Assembly (NCBI RefSeq): GCF_009914755.1
Contig: NC_060925.1
DNA: 64,000 nt
From: the human T2T-CHM13v2.0 reference genome, Homo sapiens
Strand: one strand, 5' to 3'
How positions within the stretch are numbered: the stretch's first letter is position 1; each line of letters starts with the position of its first letter. This document shows positions 60,795 through 64,000 of the stretch, piece by piece. A program made the translations under genes and the position numbers. The notes beneath the pieces are model-generated. The model saw nothing but the letters and a program-made list of their open reading frames with translations. It was not told where the DNA came from and did not search any database.

Positions 60795-60929
60795 CTTTTT
60801 ATTTTCTAGTAGAGATGGGGGGGTCTCACTATGTTGTCTAGGCTAGTTTCAAACTCCTGGCCTCAAGTGATTCTCTAACTTTGCCTCCCTAAGTGCTGGG
60901 ATTACATGAGTGAACCATCACACTCTGCC
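60795..60929 (-). mobile_element. Alu monomer (FLAM/AluJ left arm)
   Basis: gtagagatgggg...tctcactatgttg...ctcctggcctcaagtgat...gtgctgggattaca. Confidence 0.8.
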
Positions 60930-60999
60930 TTTTTTTGTTTTTTGTTTTAAGGTAGAACCTTAAGTTGCTGATTTGAAACCTCTCTTCTATTCCAGTACA

Positions 61000-62204
61000 G
61001 GCATTTCTCCTTGGTTTCTTGATGTTAGAGTGTCAGCATACTCTACAACTTGGTCTTTGGACCCTTAATCTTTAGCTACACTCACTCTGTTATCATCTTA
61101 TCTAGTCTCATGGCTTTAAATATAATCTACATATTGACAGTGCTCAGGCCAGACCACTCCCTCTAAATTTTAGTTGCATATATCTATCCAACTGCCTTTT
61201 ATCTTAGATGTTAGACAGCTCTAGTTTAACAAGCCCCAAGTTGAAATCCTGCTCCCAGCCCCCTAACACAAATTGGCTTCTTCACCAGTCTTCCGCATCT
61301 TAGTTAACAGCAACGCTATCCTTACCATTGCTCAGGACAAAATCCTAGGGTCATCTTTTAACTCTATCCTTGACTCATTTTCTCTCAGACCATAGATCTA
61401 ATTCATCAGGAAATCCTATTAGATCTACCTGCAAAACATATACACATTCTAGCCACTTTACTACCTCCACTGCAAACCCCCTACTCCAAGCCACCATACT
61501 CCCTCACCTAGATTATAGCCTCATAACTAACCTCTCTACTTCCATCTTTGCCCCCTACAGCTTCTCTCAAAAAAATACAGCCAGAGAGGATTCTGTAAAA
61601 ATATAAATTGTATCACCTCATTCCTCTGCTTAAAATTTGCCAACTCAGCCTATGAGAATAATGTCAACCCACTTTCAATAGCCCACAAAGCCCACCAAGA
61701 TCTGGCCTCCAGTGATCCGTCTGACTTCATCTCCCACAACTGTCACTCTTGCTTACTTTGCCTTAGCCACACTGTTTCTTGAACATACGGCATGCTCCCA
61801 CCTAAAAAAGTCTGTCCGCTGACTGTCTTATTTCCTGGAATACTTTTTCCCCAATATTTACATGGCTTATCTTTTCTCACCCTCAAGACTTTGCTCAGGT
61901 ATCATCATCTTCTCCACAAGACTAACTCTGGCCACTTCCCTTTAAATTACATTCAACACCACTATCAGTACCCCCAACATTCATTACCCTGCTCATTTTT
62001 TTCCCGTAGCACTTATTTACCTTCAAATATAATGTATACTATACTTCATATGTTTATTGCTTATTGCATATCTGCCCCAAAAGAATGCAAGCCCTTTTAG
62101 GGCAGAGACTTTTGTCTGTTTTATTTATGGATGCATCCCAAGGGACTAGGTATATGCATTGCATATATCAGATATCTATTAAGTATTTGTTGAATGAATA
62201 AATT
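61000..62204 (+). mobile_element. L2 3' region
   Basis: L2 motifs (tagtctcatggctttaaata; gggcagagacttttgtctgtttt); ends tatttgttgaatgaat. Confidence 0.72.
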
Positions 62205-62264
62205 TAGAAAGCAGAACTCTGCTAGCTATCATCAATTGAAATATTAGTTATGCCTTAAAAGTTG

Positions 62265-62390
62265 AATTTATTCATGCCTTCATTCATTCAACAAATACTG
62301 AATGGCTTCTCTTTGCCAGGCACTGCAACAGACACTGGGGATATTCAAGACAGAAGACAGACAAGGCCCTGTTGACATGGAGCTTACTTA
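62265..62390 (-). mobile_element. L2 3' end in the opposite orientation
   Basis: cattcattcaacaaatactga...gccaggcactg...actggggata...catggagctta. Confidence 0.7.
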
Positions 62391-62462
62391 CTAATTTTCT
62401 GTCTCTCCTTATAGAATGTAAAAATAAAAAATATATATAATTCTTGTAATAATATGTGTTAT

Positions 62463-62620
62463 AGCCAGACATCATAGCTCGTGCCTGTAATTGCAGCTAC
62501 TCAGGAGGCTGAGGCACGAAGATCACTTGAGCCCAGGAGTTGGAGTTATGACCATACCCCTGCGCTCCAGCCTGACCGACACAGTGAGACGCCATCTCTA
62601 AAAATGTAAGTAAATAAATA
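62463..62620 (+). mobile_element. Alu monomer (FAM/FRAM-like)
   Basis: Single right-arm-like unit with an A-rich tail. Confidence 0.75.
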
Positions 62621-64000
62621 AATTGTGTTACAAAAACAATAGGATAAATAGGTAAACATGCCAATTATTGGGGTAGTGAGCTAGGGAGTACCCCTTCAAC
62701 TAGAATAACAACTACACTTGATCTGAGATGTCAAAACGGGATGAGGAAAAGCCAGTCATGCAGAAACCTGAGGTAAAAATACATTCCAGGTAGACAAAAA
62801 GTATAAAGCTTTGGGAGGAAGATGGACGTTGGCAAGTTTAACAAACAAAGCCAGTATGATTTGAAGGTAGAGTATGAGGAGAAGATACAGTGGGATGGCA
62901 TCCTGTGGCATCTGTCCATTGTAGAGGCCCTAAACCCACCCTGACATTTGTAGTAAATTAGATGCATCCTGGAATGGTACTTTTATATCACCTTCTCTCT
63001 CCTGTGCTCCCTCCTCTCGTATTCTTTTTTCTTTCAAGAATAAGAGCCAATGGCATAGACGAGCAGTATCATTGCTAAGAAATCTGAAAAGACTATTCTT
63101 TAGTCCATCTAGTACTCCTGTGCAAACAGAAAAAGTTGTGCCTTCCTGAGAACACTTTACTGCCACGTGTTAGAAAAATACGTAATAAATAAGAATATCA
63201 GCAACTCACTCATAATTGTGCAATGTCCTATATGTAGTATGTAGCAGCCCTGGTTGCAGAGATAGAGAAAAGTAGCTCTATGCAAAATATGCAAACCAAA
63301 ATGGTTCCATTTTTTCCTGTATGTCATATACCAAATGCTGCAGATGCTAAATATACATATAGATTTACATGCATTGCAAATTACTACTATTCTGCATTAG
63401 CTACAGTTGGCTACTGATTCTGATAGCATTTTCATCATGAGAAAAAGAATGAGTCTTTTTGAATATTAGTCAATGGAGAAAATACTGTGTTTACAATAAA
63501 GTGATACAGACTTAAGTGGCTGTAACCACTAATGTACCTTTATAAAAGTGGTAAAAGTCTTAAATACATCCACAAGTGTTAGAAGTAGTGATCATCAGAC
63601 AGTCTATCTGAAGAAGATATTAAGACAGTGTTTTCTTTGGAATGCATTTGCCTATATTACCTCATGTAATTCAAACATTATTTTTATTTTGTAGTTTCCT
63701 GATTAAGTTTTTAAAAATAAGTCAAAGGATATTTTGGTAAAGTAACAGATTCCAAAAAAAAGCAAAAAAAAAAAAAACCCACATTTTCAAGCTTAATCCC
63801 AAAGATGACCATTTGTTTCATCATTTAGGCTAAAGTTTTCTAATTTAGGAAAGAAAAACGTGTGTCTTTGACTTTATGAGAAATAATCTGTGATACTGTG
63901 TACATCTGTGATTTCTAGATGAATAGCATTCGAATGCCACTTCAATATGATTAAAATTAATAAGCAACTAATAAAATCCATAAAGGATAGCTTTTCCTGA

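Overview
Primate, very probably human, genomic DNA from inside NME7 (nm23-H7/NDK7), transcribed on the minus strand. Six coding exons can be placed to the base: exon 2 39872-39979, exon 3 38598-38764, exon 4 25448-25558, exon 5 18622-18672, exon 6 14029-14236 and exon 7 2776-2881. All have GT-AG boundaries and splice into one open frame (NHSERFVF...KPHAVSE, residues 2-251) covering the DM10 domain, NDK domain A and the start of NDK domain B. Exon numbering assumes an ATG-only first coding exon right of the window; exons 8 onward lie left of it. The rest is repeat-rich intron (Alu, L1, L2, MIR, Tigger, ERV/MaLR LTRs). Repeat families were recognised by eye from remembered consensus sequences, so subfamily names and old-element boundaries are approximate. 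I see no prokaryote-style system. The best leads are: (1) an intact, sense-oriented LTR12C (ERV9) solo LTR 11.4 kb upstream of exon 2, a possible alternative promoter, with a template-switch rewrite near its start site; (2) an orphan poly(A)-tailed, TSD-flanked ~290 bp insert inside an L1; (3) an AT-rich VNTR apparently born from a fold-back of a THE1 LTR end and its TSD; (4) two unusual L1/Alu junctions; (5) a candidate poison cassette exon in intron 1.
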